NCBI GenBank assembly: GCA_023387775.1 | Contig: JAEWHN010000384.1 | Coordinates: 1-57,958, forward strand | DNA: 57,958 nt | Direction of reading: 5' to 3' | DNA from: Pseudomonadota bacterium | GTDB lineage: Bacteria > Pseudomonadota > Alphaproteobacteria > Rhizobiales > Rhizobiaceae | Shown here: positions 36,449 through 46,113 of the stretch, piece after piece | Position numbering within the stretch: position 1 is the first letter of the stretch | How the letters are laid out: every line of letters begins with the position of its first letter | Made by a program: the position numbers and the translations under genes | The notes under the pieces: generated by a model | Seen by the model: only the letters and a program-made list of their open reading frames with translations | Told to the model about the DNA's origin: nothing | The model's database searches: none

Positions 36449-38466
36449 TCCGCTGCCTCCCGATAGGCGGTCAGGTGCCCGCAGTTCGCCGCCGCCAGCG
36501 CGGCCGCCAGCGGCGGCGACACGCTGTTGCCGCAGCAGGCGATCTGATCCGACTTCGGCAGCGGCTTGCCGTTGAAGTCGAGGTCGATGATGTAATCCGG
36601 AGGGAAGCCCTGCGCCGAAAACAACTCGCGCGGCGTCAGCATGCGCATGCCGATGTCGACGACGGTGAAGGTCTCGCCGTCGATCTCGACGGTGACGAAC
36701 TCGCGCTCGTCCCAGAAGCCATGTTCGCGCATGAGGCCGGCGACCTGGCGCGCACGCGCGATCTGCGCGGCGGTCAGTTCTTCCGGCTGCAACTCGCCCT
36801 CGACATAGCCAAAGCGAGCCTTGGCGGTCGCCGTGTGCAGCGGCTCATCAAGGCCACTTTCCTGCTCGACGCCGTAGTATTTGCTGATGAACGGCGCCAC
36901 GACCGAGAGCCCGGCGCCGCCGGCGGTGATGGTGTGGGTGGGCTCGTCGGCCCCGTTGAACGGCTTGCCAGCGTTGCGCATCGTCATCAGGTGCGGCGCG
37001 ACCAGCATGGACTTGTTGACCCCGGCCGTCGCCGTATGCGTCGGCTCATCCATGCCGTGGCCGGTCGAGGTGCCGAACTGGCGCGAGACGAAGGCCGAAA
37101 CGACAGCCTGCTGCGGCTGGGCCGTGATCGTCGAGATCGGCTCTTCCAGCGATCTCCCCGGATTGACCCCGCCGTCGCGCCGGCTGTCATTGTTGTGCTG
37201 CGCAAGGAAGGCCGTCGCCACGCACACGTCGGCCTTGGCGGTGATGGTCGCGGCGGGTTCATCGCCAGCGCGCGGCCGGCTCTGCCCTGCCCTTCCGCCG
37301 CAGCCCACCAGCGTCGGCACCGCAAGCGCGTGCTTCACGCCACCAGCCACGACGGTGCCGAGCGGCGCCGCGATGTCCAGCGCACGCGGCGCCTGCCCAT
37401 CCCGCTCGCCATAGCCGGTCTGGATCAGCGTCGGCGCGATGAGCGCGTTCTGATCCTTCGCGCTGGCGGTGATGGTGTGCGCCGGATCTTCGACGCTGCG
37501 CACACTGCCGCCCTGCTGGGCATAGGTCAGCACCGGCGCGACGACCGCGTGGGAGATGCCCCCCGCCGTGACGGTGGCGAAAGGTTCGTCAATCGGGTCT
37601 TCGCGCCTGCCGCCGCTGTAGCCATGGGCAACACTGACCGTGAACGGCTTCTTCGCATCGAGCACATAGCGCTTCATGCCGCGCGCCACGCGGCTCATGG
37701 TGGCGCTGGCCAGCGGCCGCACGGCGCGCAGGCCGTGCTTTTCCATGATCTGCTCGGAGCTGTCGAAGATCGACGGGCACGGCAGCGACCAGTCGATGAT
37801 CTCGGCCGCGGTGCGCCAGGGCTTCTTCCTGCCGGCGATCACGTCCGGATCGTCGGGCCTGCCATGCGTCGGCTCCGGCCAGACGATCTTCTGGCCGTCG
37901 CAGCGCGCGATCAGGAACAGCCGCTTGCGGATGGTCGGCGCGCCATAGTCGCAGGCGCGCAGCTCGCGCCAGTCGACCTTGTAGCCGCATCTGCGCAGCT
38001 CGCGCCGCCACTTGTCGAAGGTCTTGCCGCGGCTGTCCGGACACGGCATCAGCCCGCGCTCTGTCTCGACCAGCGGGCCCCAGTCGCGGAACTCCTCGAC
38101 GTTCTCGAGCAGGATGACGTCTGGCCGCACGCGCTGCGCCCACAGCACCACCACCCAGGCGAGATCGCGGATGTTGCGCTCGACCGGCTTGCCGCCCTTG
38201 GCCTTGGAAAAGTGCTTGCAGTCCGGCGAGAACCAGGCAAGCCCGACGTGCCGGCCCTTCACGTAGTCGAGCGGGTCGACCTGCCAGACGTTTTCCGACA
38301 GGTGCAGCGTGTCGGGGTGGTTGGCCTGGTGCAGCGCCAGCGCTGCCGGGTTGTGGTTGATGGCGATGTCGGGCGAACGCCCGAGCGCCATTTCGATGCC
38401 GGTCGAGGCGCCGCCGCCGCCGGCAAAGCTGTCGCAGATCAAGGGTGGATGATCGGCAGAAAACAT
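36445..38466 (-). CDS. DNA cytosine-C5 methyltransferase with internal repeats
   Basis: FAGGGG, SPDC, ENV, RKRLF and GNSV motifs; about eight EPxxTxTA-type repeats. Confidence 0.93.
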   Translation of the reverse strand: MFSADHPPLICDSFAGGGGASTGIEMALGRSPDIAINHNPAALALHQANHPDTLHLSENVWQVDPLDYVKGRHVGLAWFSPDCKHFSKAKGGKPVERNIRDLAWVVVLWAQRVRPDVILLENVEEFRDWGPLVETERGLMPCPDSRGKTFDKWRRELRRCGYKVDWRELRACDYGAPTIRKRLFLIARCDGQKIVWPEPTHGRPDDPDVIAGRKKPWRTAAEIIDWSLPCPSIFDSSEQIMEKHGLRAVRPLASATMSRVARGMKRYVLDAKKPFTVSVAHGYSGGRREDPIDEPFATVTAGGISHAVVAPVLTYAQQGGSVRSVEDPAHTITASAKDQNALIAPTLIQTGYGERDGQAPRALDIAAPLGTVVAGGVKHALAVPTLVGCGGRAGQSRPRAGDEPAATITAKADVCVATAFLAQHNNDSRRDGGVNPGRSLEEPISTITAQPQQAVVSAFVSRQFGTSTGHGMDEPTHTATAGVNKSMLVAPHLMTMRNAGKPFNGADEPTHTITAGGAGLSVVAPFISKYYGVEQESGLDEPLHTATAKARFGYVEGELQPEELTAAQIARARQVAGLMREHGFWDEREFVTVEIDGETFTVVDIGMRMLTPRELFSAQGFPPDYIIDLDFNGKPLPKSDQIACCGNSVSPPLAAALAAANCGHLTAYREAAE

Positions 38467-38981
38467 TAGCTATTCCCCCTCGCCTTTTTCAGCGCCCGCA
38501 GGATGATGGTGTGGTCGCGCTGGAAGAGCCGGCCGAGCGCCACGGTCGAGAGCTCCGGCCAGGTCGCATGAGCCAGTGCGATTGCCTCGTATCGTGCGAC
38601 GACGAGCAGCCGCGAGCGCCTTTCGCCCAGCAGCTCCTGCAACGTCACCCGGTGACGCCGCGCCGTCTGTTTCTGGATGTCGAGCACGCTCTGCCTGGCG
38701 GTGCTGTTGACGACAGCAATGCGCGCGCCCACCTCCGCCTCGGCGATGATCGTGCGGGCCTGCGCCCTCGCATCGGCCAGGAGCGCCGCAGCGGCCTCGC
38801 GGTCCTTACGCGCCTCGCGCAGCATGGCGCGCAGCTGCTGCGCCAGGTCGCCGCTGCGTGCCACGCGCGGTGCCTTCTCGCCGACAGGCTTTGCCGCCTC
38901 CCGCACACTGCCCCTGTCGCGGCGGTACATTTCGAGGCGCGGCAGCCCCTTGTCGAGCAGGCGGAGGGCCGGTTCGCTCAT
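38466..38981 (-). CDS. DnaA C-terminal (domain IV) HTH protein
   Basis: ELLGERRSRLLVVAR...LSTVALGRLFQRDHTIILRALKK matches the DnaA RDH(T/S)T signature region. Confidence 0.78.
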   Translation of the reverse strand: MSEPALRLLDKGLPRLEMYRRDRGSVREAAKPVGEKAPRVARSGDLAQQLRAMLREARKDREAAAALLADARAQARTIIAEAEVGARIAVVNSTARQSVLDIQKQTARRHRVTLQELLGERRSRLLVVARYEAIALAHATWPELSTVALGRLFQRDHTIILRALKKARGNS

Positions 38982-39226
38982 GGCTCTACCCCGAGCCCCC
39001 GAAGCTCGGCTTCCAGCTCGCCAAGCTTGTTCGACAGGCTGCGTCGCACATCATCGCGAATCTGGCCGGCATAGGCCTGCGACAGCACGATCTCGCTCTT
39101 CTGGCTGACCTCGCCGAGTATCAGGTGAAGTTCCTCGCCCGCGTCGAGCCGCGCCGCCAGCCGGCGCCGGCAGGCAATCTGTTCGGCAAGCGCCTGCGCC
39201 CGCCCGAGTTCCGCCGCCCTGATCAT
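38978..39226 (-). CDS. Hypothetical phage protein
   Basis: MIRAAELGRAQ...; ATGA-coupled to both neighbours. Confidence 0.6.
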   Translation of the reverse strand: MIRAAELGRAQALAEQIACRRRLAARLDAGEELHLILGEVSQKSEIVLSQAYAGQIRDDVRRSLSNKLGELEAELRGLGVEP

Positions 39227-39711
39227 GGCTGGCCCTCGCCGCAGCCGCGGCCGATCTCGCCGGGGTTGTCGGGCTTGGTGAATTCGCGCCAGTGCACCCA
39301 GCCGCGCGGGCAGTGAAAGCCCCATGAGCGGATGATCGGCCCGGTCAGGAACAGCGTCCAGCAGGGCCCGTCGACCAGTTCGATACGGTGGGCGGCCTTC
39401 GCCCCGCGGAACTTCATTTCCCCGGCGCGGCGCTCGGTGCGCAAATTCACCCCGCCGGCGCTGATGGTGTGCTCGACATAGCGGCCGGAAAGCAGCACCG
39501 AGAGGTTCCACCAGGGATGATCGTGCAGCGCCCTGTCGTCGTCCGAGCGGCAGAAGTGGTGAAGATAGACGTTGAAGACGCGGTTGCGCGGAATGAGCCA
39601 CCAGCGCCGCAGATAGGGCTCCTCAGGCGAACCGATGATCACGTCCGGCGGACGCCGGTCGGCCTGGGCAATAAGAAGCGGCGCAAGCACCCTGACAAGC
39701 CTTCGCATCAT
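39223..39711 (-). CDS. Hypothetical cupin-like phage protein
   Basis: YLHHFCRSDDDRALHDHPW...Y.E...HRIEL...WGF. Confidence 0.7.
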   Translation of the reverse strand: MMRRLVRVLAPLLIAQADRRPPDVIIGSPEEPYLRRWWLIPRNRVFNVYLHHFCRSDDDRALHDHPWWNLSVLLSGRYVEHTISAGGVNLRTERRAGEMKFRGAKAAHRIELVDGPCWTLFLTGPIIRSWGFHCPRGWVHWREFTKPDNPGEIGRGCGEGQP

Positions 39712-40004
39712 GATAACGACCCCGTTTCACATTTGTCGGCTGCTGTAACAGCCTGTTCCAAAATGCTTTTCATGGTCACGCGGCGGCGGCGGCCCTCGCC
39801 CAGAAAGTCGAACGGATCGAGCCCGGCGAAGCGGCAGATGGTCAGCACACTGTCGACGGAGAGCGTGCCGCCGTTGATGGCGCGCGAGAGCATGGCCTTG
39901 TTGGTCTCGGGCCATTTGTCGGCCGCCTTGCCCAGCGAATAGCCGAGATCCCGCAGGCGCTCGGCCAGCGCGGAACCGAAGGCGGGAAAGTCAAACCGCG
40001 CCAT
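39708..40004 (-). CDS. Small HTH-like protein
   Basis: SLGKAADKWPETNKAMLSRAING. Confidence 0.6.
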   Translation of the reverse strand: MARFDFPAFGSALAERLRDLGYSLGKAADKWPETNKAMLSRAINGGTLSVDSVLTICRFAGLDPFDFLGEGRRRRVTMKSILEQAVTAADKCETGSLS

Positions 40005-40287
40005 GCTGCCCCCCGTCGTCTGTCAGAACCACGCCGAAATCGGACGGAAAGTGACCCAGCACCGCCCACAGCGCGGCGCGTGGCGCGGCGCGGTTCAGTC
40101 GTCCCATCCAGGCGAGGTCGATTTCGGAGTTGGTCAGCTTTGCGAGGCGCCGCCATTCCCTCTTGAGCCGCTTTACGGTCGCCTGCATGCCGCTGCGCGC
40201 CGGCCGCTCTGCATGGGCGTGTGCGGCCCGCGCCCGCAGGAAGAAGGCTAGCATGGCCGGCGAATATTCGGTGCGCAGCCTGGTCAT
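39991..40287 (-). CDS. Hypothetical phage protein
   Basis: Coupled within the early/middle operon. Confidence 0.6.
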   Translation of the reverse strand: MTRLRTEYSPAMLAFFLRARAAHAHAERPARSGMQATVKRLKREWRRLAKLTNSEIDLAWMGRLNRAAPRAALWAVLGHFPSDFGVVLTDDGGQHGAV

Positions 40288-41138
40288 GCCGGCACCTCAA
40301 ACAAGGGTGTTCCATGTCCGCCAGCAACGGCCTTTCGCTCGGTGTCGAGCGCTGCAGCACAGGCAGGATTTATCCAAAGCACCTCTGTGCGTTCGCGCGC
40401 ACCATCGGCAAAAGCTTTGACGCTCACACGGCGCCAATCGCCAAGCGCGTCGTCGTAGAGGCGCGACGGATACCCGGCTAAGACCACCATTCCCTTTAGC
40501 TCGCGCAGGAGCGTCAGAAGGGCGGCGTGGCCATCCCGGGTTAGTTCATGATTGTAGTGGGCAGCGTGCCTTGTCTGCGGCAGGTAAGGCGGGTCGACGA
40601 AGAAAAGAGCATCCACTCTATCATGGCGGCGCATCAGAACTGATGCGTCCGTGTGCTCAATGAGCACCCTGGAAAAGCGATCGGCAATAAGACTGATTTG
40701 TTCTGGAAGCCCGCGCAGGCTTCCGAGACGGCCGACGTAGCCATCTGGATTGACGCGAGAGTCGAAACCAGACCGACGAAGCGCGCCCTTGCTCGATTGC
40801 CCCATGAAGGAGCGCCCAATCAGACGCCGCGCAGCCTCCACTGGATCTGACGTTGGCTCGTAAAGCGTTCGATATTCTGCGCGTGCAAACGGGGTGAGCG
40901 CGAGAGCTTCGGCCAAATCCCGGGGCCGCTCCCTTAAGACTCGAAACAAGCCCACAACCGCGTCATCCAAATCGTTCCAGATCTCCGATATTGCCGGTTG
41001 CTTGCGCAGCAGAACGGACGCCGCACCGCCGAACGGTTCGACGTAGACCGTGTGCGGTGGAAAGTGAGCGATCACCCATGGGGCGAGCCGCCATTTGCCG
41101 CCATGCCAGCGGAGGATTGGGCGAGATGGCGCCGTCAT
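40284..41138 (-). CDS. DNA adenine methyltransferase (Dam/D12 class)
   Basis: WHGGK, YVEPFGGAASV, ND and DPPY motifs. Confidence 0.92.
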   Translation of the reverse strand: MTAPSRPILRWHGGKWRLAPWVIAHFPPHTVYVEPFGGAASVLLRKQPAISEIWNDLDDAVVGLFRVLRERPRDLAEALALTPFARAEYRTLYEPTSDPVEAARRLIGRSFMGQSSKGALRRSGFDSRVNPDGYVGRLGSLRGLPEQISLIADRFSRVLIEHTDASVLMRRHDRVDALFFVDPPYLPQTRHAAHYNHELTRDGHAALLTLLRELKGMVVLAGYPSRLYDDALGDWRRVSVKAFADGARERTEVLWINPACAAALDTERKAVAGGHGTPLFEVPA

Positions 41139-41491
41139 GCCGGCACCGCCTTCCTTGCGCGGCTGCGCTTCGGCGTCCGGCCGGCGGCGATGTCACGCCG
41201 CTTCTGATTTTCGCGATGGCTGACCATCTCGAGATGATCGGGATTGACGCAGCGCCTGTTACGGCATTTGTGGTCAATCTGCTTGTTGCCCGGCACAAAG
41301 CCGTACTCGTTCACAAACGCGACCTTATGCACGGCACAGGTGTGATCGTTCAGCTTCATGCGCGGATAGCCGCCACCGCGGCCGCTTCCGCTGTCGGCCA
41401 TGGTCCAAAGCCAGCATGGCGTTTCGTAGCCCGCCATCACAACGTCGACACTGGCCAAGATCCTCGCCCGGATGTCGTCGCGCCTGCTCAT
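41135..41491 (-). CDS. HNH endonuclease
   Basis: CWLWT and IDHKCRNRRCVNPDHLEMVSHREN motifs. Confidence 0.88.
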   Translation of the reverse strand: MSRRDDIRARILASVDVVMAGYETPCWLWTMADSGSGRGGGYPRMKLNDHTCAVHKVAFVNEYGFVPGNKQIDHKCRNRRCVNPDHLEMVSHRENQKRRDIAAGRTPKRSRARKAVPA

Positions 41492-42636
41492 GCCGGCACC
41501 TCGCCGGCCTCATACCCCCATGCGTCCCAGCCCGGCCGCGGCGTGCGGCAGAACATTTCGAGTTTGGGAACACCCGGCCACAGCTGCTCGATGCGCTCGG
41601 CATAAAAGTCTGGCTTGCGACTGTGTTCGCGCACCGGATGCTTGGTGAGCTTGCGCGGCTGGGTGCCAGGCAGAGGTGCTGGGAACTTTCCGCGCGTGCC
41701 GATCAGCAGCAGTTCGAGATTGTCGAACGACCAATAGCCGGTGCCGAGCTGCTCGCCGGGATATTCCTTCTCCCAGCCCCAGAAGCTCTTGAAGGCAAAT
41801 CCCCACGCCTCCATGCAGGCCAGCCCGTTGGCCAGGTCCGTCACCCACAGGAAAAGCGCAGCGTCCTGGGAGGCCGGACAGCCGAGATCGAGGATCGCCG
41901 GCAGGTCCATCGTCGGATAATGGTTTTCGGCGCTTTTCTCGCGGCCGGTCACTTCCGAATGGACGACGAATTTCCACGGCGGATCGGCATAGATGATTGG
42001 ATAAGACGGCCCATCCTCACCGTTCTTCCACCAGATCGGCGCCGTGGCCTCGCCCTTCGAGGCGACCATTTCCATGTGTGCTAGGCGGACCGAATGGCGC
42101 ACCTTCTGGTCCTCAGCGCGCAGATCCTTGGCCACCTTCATCAACTCGCGCCGGTTCTCGCTCTCCGGCACGAAGGCCGTTTTGATCGTCCGGCGCGTCG
42201 GCTGCTTCACGCCATCCCGGCCCTCAACCTCTTCATGGTGGCTAATTTCGCCACCATCGACGAGGCGCTTGCGGACACCCTCGACCGTGGAGTGATGCAC
42301 GCCAATCATCGCGGCAATCGCCCGCGACGAGATCGACGGCGTGTCGCGCAGCTGGTCGGCAATCACGGCCTGTTTCTGCGCGGTGGAAAGGTGCCGCCGC
42401 GAAACATTGAGCTCGCGCGCCAGCTTTCGCTTGTCCTGCTCGGACAGCCCCTTGCGCACAAAGCGCGGCCAGTCGACGAGGCCGAGACTCTGGCAGATCT
42501 CGACGCGGTGGTGGCCGTCGATGATCTCGCCAGCCTCGTCATATTCCACCGGCACCAGCACGCCGTGCTGCACGATGGAAGCTTCGAGCGCGGCATATTC
42601 TTCGGCCGAGAGGCGCGGGAGCAGCTGGTACTTCAT
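41488..42636 (-). CDS. ParB-N domain fused to MT-A70 family methyltransferase
   Basis: IIDGHHR and LNVSRRHL at the N-terminus; YADPPW, HYPTM, LFLW and HSRKP at the C-terminus. Confidence 0.9.
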   Translation of the reverse strand: MKYQLLPRLSAEEYAALEASIVQHGVLVPVEYDEAGEIIDGHHRVEICQSLGLVDWPRFVRKGLSEQDKRKLARELNVSRRHLSTAQKQAVIADQLRDTPSISSRAIAAMIGVHHSTVEGVRKRLVDGGEISHHEEVEGRDGVKQPTRRTIKTAFVPESENRRELMKVAKDLRAEDQKVRHSVRLAHMEMVASKGEATAPIWWKNGEDGPSYPIIYADPPWKFVVHSEVTGREKSAENHYPTMDLPAILDLGCPASQDAALFLWVTDLANGLACMEAWGFAFKSFWGWEKEYPGEQLGTGYWSFDNLELLLIGTRGKFPAPLPGTQPRKLTKHPVREHSRKPDFYAERIEQLWPGVPKLEMFCRTPRPGWDAWGYEAGEVPA

Positions 42637-42875
42637 GCAGATTCCCCCACCTTGGAGAGATCAACTAGCCGGCCAGCCTCCGTCACGCGCAGTCGACGAC
42701 GATCGAGGTAAAATTCAACGAGACCGCAGGCCTCTAGCTTGTTCCACGTCGCGCGCATGATCGGTGCCCGCTCGCCTGCAGCCGTCAGCACCTGATTGCG
42801 GTCGAAGACACCGTCGCCGTTGCGGTTGCGCAGCCATTTGAGCGCGGACAGCTGGCTTGCAGAGGCGGTCGTCAT
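42633..42875 (-). CDS. Hypothetical phage protein (winged-helix-like)
   Basis: ATGA-coupled; ends LRVTEAGR. Confidence 0.6.
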   Translation of the reverse strand: MTTASASQLSALKWLRNRNGDGVFDRNQVLTAAGERAPIMRATWNKLEACGLVEFYLDRRRLRVTEAGRLVDLSKVGESA

Positions 42876-43201
42876 TCCATCCCCAGTGCGGCCTTGTAGA
42901 GATCAAGGATCGCCTCGGCCTCCTGGCGCTCGGCCTGGTCCATCTTGCGCAGCTTCACCAGCGTGCGGACCGCCTTCGTGTCAAAGCCCATGGCCTTGCA
43001 CTCGGCGTAGATTTCCTTGCGGTCGTCGGAGAGCGCGTCGATATCTTCCTGCACACGCTCGATCCGTTCGATGAAGGCGCGCAGCTGGCCGGCCGCGACC
43101 GTCTGCGGCCCGCTGGCCTCTTCGGTCTCGGTCTTCATCTTGGCGCCCGGGCGCTCGCGCGCCGGGCCGCGCGCCGAATAGGGATCGTAATCGTCAGCCA
43201 T
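42872..43201 (-). CDS. gapR: GapR-like (DUF2312) nucleoid-associated protein
   Basis: [54 protein letters not shown]...[13 protein letters not shown] at 43201. Confidence 0.9.
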   Translation of the reverse strand: MADDYDPYSARGPARERPGAKMKTETEEASGPQTVAAGQLRAFIERIERVQEDIDALSDDRKEIYAECKAMGFDTKAVRTLVKLRKMDQAERQEAEAILDLYKAALGME

Positions 43202-44004
43202 CAGCGCGCCTCGCCGAAATAGATGACGTTGCTGCGCTTGCCCTTGTTGTAGAGTTCGACGATTGCCTTGCTCAGCGCCGTCTCCGCCGACCCGCCCGAC
43301 AGCTTTCGGAAGGCCTCGGCATGAGCCGTCAGCTTGGAGATGCTCTGCGGGCGAATTGCCTCGACGAGATCCGGCTCGGAGATGGTCTTTTCGTTGGCGC
43401 GAATGATGCGCGCCAGCGCGGTGATCATGGTGCCGCGCAGCGACTTTGCATCGTTCGGCCATGCCGCACGGATGACCAGCAACGCCCTGCGCGTGGCGCC
43501 ATGCCCGTAACGCTTCAGGCACCGATCAACGGCACCGATGGAATTGGTCAGGTGCGGCCGGTAGTGCCCTTGCGCCGGAACAACATCGCACCCGGCGGAT
43601 TGCAGCACCTTGGAGATTGCGATCGCCGTGTCGTCGCCCGCCGTCAGGCCGGCCCAATATTGCTCGACCGACGTCACCGCCATGCGGTCGCGGTTTATCG
43701 CCAGAAAGCTTTCAGCTTCTCCGGCAAGGTCCTTGTGGCTGACGATGACCGCCGGCACCGCGTCCACATCCGGGTGCAGCGTTGCGGCCTTCCAGCGATG
43801 CTGGCCCTCGACGATGGTGAAACGCCCGTCTTCCTGCCGCGACAGCACTACCGCGCCGAACTTCGCCCAGGAAAACCGCCGCAGTATCTTGTCGACCAGA
43901 TGGGCCTTGATCTCCCGCTGGTAGTTGTTGTCGACGTCGATCAGCTCGACATCGACCCATTGGAGTTCCGGCCTGTCGCCGATTTCCCGATTGCATTCAC
44001 TCAT
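43201..44004 (-). CDS. ParB/Srx-like domain protein
   Basis: [18 protein letters not shown] and EAESFLAIN motifs. Confidence 0.75.
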   Translation of the reverse strand: MSECNREIGDRPELQWVDVELIDVDNNYQREIKAHLVDKILRRFSWAKFGAVVLSRQEDGRFTIVEGQHRWKAATLHPDVDAVPAVIVSHKDLAGEAESFLAINRDRMAVTSVEQYWAGLTAGDDTAIAISKVLQSAGCDVVPAQGHYRPHLTNSIGAVDRCLKRYGHGATRRALLVIRAAWPNDAKSLRGTMITALARIIRANEKTISEPDLVEAIRPQSISKLTAHAEAFRKLSGGSAETALSKAIVELYNKGKRSNVIYFGEAR

Positions 44005-44396
44005 CTCACCCCCTCTGGAGCGGCGGGCAGATAGCGGTAGCCGCGTCCCCGAACAGTGTCGATTTCAATGCCAAGCGGTCTCAGCTTCTTGCGAAGCTTG
44101 CACACGAACACGTCGACGACCCCGATTCCCGGTTCGTCGATCTGCAGGTGATAGAGGTCGGAGAGCAGCTGCTCCCTGGACCGGACGCGGGGCGATACCC
44201 TCCGCAGCGCGGCGAAAACCGCATGCTCCTGTTGCGTCAGGAGGGCATAGCTGTCGCCCCGGACAACTATGCCGGCCTCGTCGACGCGCAGCTCGCCGTC
44301 CCCAGGCAAGGATTGCCCGCATGTTGGACAGGAGCAGGTTGCCGCGCCGCCGGCCGCCTGGCGGTTGCCACGCGAGTGGGAAGCGCCCCGGCTCAT
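44001..44396 (-). CDS. OmpR/PhoB-type winged-helix protein, CtrA C-terminal-like, no receiver domain
   Basis: LY...DEPGIGVVDVFVCKLRKKL...IDTVRGRGY; N-terminal CPTCG. Confidence 0.85.
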   Translation of the reverse strand: MSRGASHSRGNRQAAGGAATCSCPTCGQSLPGDGELRVDEAGIVVRGDSYALLTQQEHAVFAALRRVSPRVRSREQLLSDLYHLQIDEPGIGVVDVFVCKLRKKLRPLGIEIDTVRGRGYRYLPAAPEGVR

Positions 44397-44983
44397 CTGT
44401 CACCTGCTTTAAAACGGGAATTGTTGGGCCTGGCGAATTCCGGCACATCGGTCAGATCGTCGGCGCCGTTATGAGAGCGATTGATGCCCAAGCGCTTACG
44501 CTCCCGCTCGTCGAGGACGGCGCGCGCCAGCGGCCCGAGACCAATATGGTCGGCGCGAAACGCGCAGGCGCCGACGATTGCCTGGGCAAGCGACACCCCG
44601 TCATGCGCGGCAACGGCCTTGATGAGCACAAGCATCTGCGGGGTAATCCGCAGCCCGATGGCCACCTTGCCGTCATCGTCCCCCGGTCTGTCCGCAGAAA
44701 AATTCCCCGCGCCGGCGAGGGGAACAATCGCCGGCGCGGGGTCCACCTGTCCCAAACGGGCGGGTTCGACACAGGTGGAAGTTTCGGCCCGGCCGGCGGG
44801 AGTAGGGACCGGCCGGGCCGAAGCGGTTTTCCGCTGGGGAAGCGTGGCCACCACGGGCGGCCCCATGCCCGTGGTGGCCTCTTTCGCGCCAGCCGCGTGC
44901 GGCGTCGCGATCTCTTCGTTGGAGCAGTCGAACGGCAGTTCGCCGCACCCACCCAAAAAGGACTTGAGTAGGTGCGCCCTCAT
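44393..44983 (-). CDS. Hypothetical protein at the cII position
   Basis: ATGA-coupled to cro; Pro-rich N-terminus; start uncertain. Confidence 0.5.
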   Translation of the reverse strand: MRAHLLKSFLGGCGELPFDCSNEEIATPHAAGAKEATTGMGPPVVATLPQRKTASARPVPTPAGRAETSTCVEPARLGQVDPAPAIVPLAGAGNFSADRPGDDDGKVAIGLRITPQMLVLIKAVAAHDGVSLAQAIVGACAFRADHIGLGPLARAVLDERERKRLGINRSHNGADDLTDVPEFARPNNSRFKAGDR

Positions 44984-45210
44984 TGCGACACCTCCGCCCC
45001 TTCCGGCGTCTTGCCGAAAACGTCAGGGCGAAGAGCCTCGGGTGGAATGCCAGTAATGCGGGAGAAGTCCAGGACACGCTCTGCGGGAATGCGTCGTGTG
45101 CCCCCTTCGTACCGCGAAAGCTGTACCGCTGATACGCCCAGCAGGCGACCAGCGGCCTCTAAGGTCCTATGTTCTGAAAGGCTCAACCGCCATTTGCGTA
45201 GCTGTTCCAT
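44980..45210 (-). CDS. Cro-like XRE HTH regulator
   Basis: TLEAAGRLLGVSAVQLSRYEGG...TGIPPEALRPDVF; divergent from the repressor. Confidence 0.88.
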   Translation of the reverse strand: MEQLRKWRLSLSEHRTLEAAGRLLGVSAVQLSRYEGGTRRIPAERVLDFSRITGIPPEALRPDVFGKTPEGAEVSQ

Positions 45211-45218
45211 ACGGCCCA

Positions 45219-45295
45219 ATTACCATCATGGTAATCGTGACGCAACAGGATAATTACCAACATGGCCGATTACGCGGTCGTGCCATGTTGGTAAA
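45219..45295. promoter_or_regulatory. Three operator sites between cro and cI
   Basis: ATTACCATCATGGTAAT (45219-35, perfect palindrome), ATTACCAACATGGCCGA (45253-69), CGTGCCATGTTGGTAAA (45279-95). Confidence 0.8.
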
Positions 45296-45304
45296 ATGCT
45301 AACC

Positions 45305-45700
45305 ATGGTTGCTAGAATTGGATTAAATCAGGCCCCAAAGGCCAAGATCTACCTCGCCGAGTGGCGGGAGACAAAGTTCGCGACTCAACAAGAGCTGGCG
45401 GACGCAATGAACACGACCGCCGCTACCGTTTCCAGGATTGAGACGGGAGAACGGGATTGGAGTCGAGGGTATCTCGAGGCTCTGGCATATCTTGTTGACT
45501 GCAAGGTCGCTGATCTGTTTCAGCACCCCGATAAGACTCGCAACAAACCGAGTTTCGAAGAACTAATGAGCGTGGCTTCTTCTCTATCAGAAGATCGCAT
45601 CGCGGGCCTAGTTGCCTTTCTTCGAGAGCACGAAGCCGACGTGCCTCAGCAAGAACCCTCCGCTGCAAATCTTCAGGCGCAGCCAGCCAGAGCGAAATAA
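45305..45700 (+). CDS. CI-like XRE repressor without S24 peptidase domain
   Basis: TQQELADAMNTTAATVSRIETGER HTH; only 131 aa. Confidence 0.85.
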   Translation: MVARIGLNQAPKAKIYLAEWRETKFATQQELADAMNTTAATVSRIETGERDWSRGYLEALAYLVDCKVADLFQHPDKTRNKPSFEELMSVASSLSEDRIAGLVAFLREHEADVPQQEPSAANLQAQPARAK

Positions 45701-46113
45701 GCGTAATAAAGTTACTCAAGTCAGTTACTCCCCAGCCCGTTTCTTCCGGCACCCGATTTGCGGGCGCCGGTATTACGGAGGGAAGTGTGCAAGGCAGCTT
45801 CCAGGCGCGCAAACAGAAGTATCGCCGCTCGTCTCGATACTTAGCGCCATAGCAGCACCAAGCCGGGGGTTAGTAATCGGTTGGAAGACCGACCGGTGGC
45901 TTTTAGCCGAAGCCTGGACATGACGCACCGCCCCCGGCCGAAGCCAAGGTTGTGCGCCACCGCCAAGCGACGCGACATTTCGGGCCGACATTCCTGCCGG
46001 GCACCTATTCCAATCCGGGTTACTAAGCCCGCCCTCACCATCTTGCGATTTGCCATCAATGGCAAGTGCCCTCCCGCACTTTCGAATCGGCATCTCGGCC
46101 GCAGCGGCCATTC

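Noticed and set aside
40284..41491. Dam plus HNH as a restriction-modification pair
   Set aside because: The HNH is a small free-standing phage-type protein; orphan MTases are common in temperate phages; no evidence of a cognate pair
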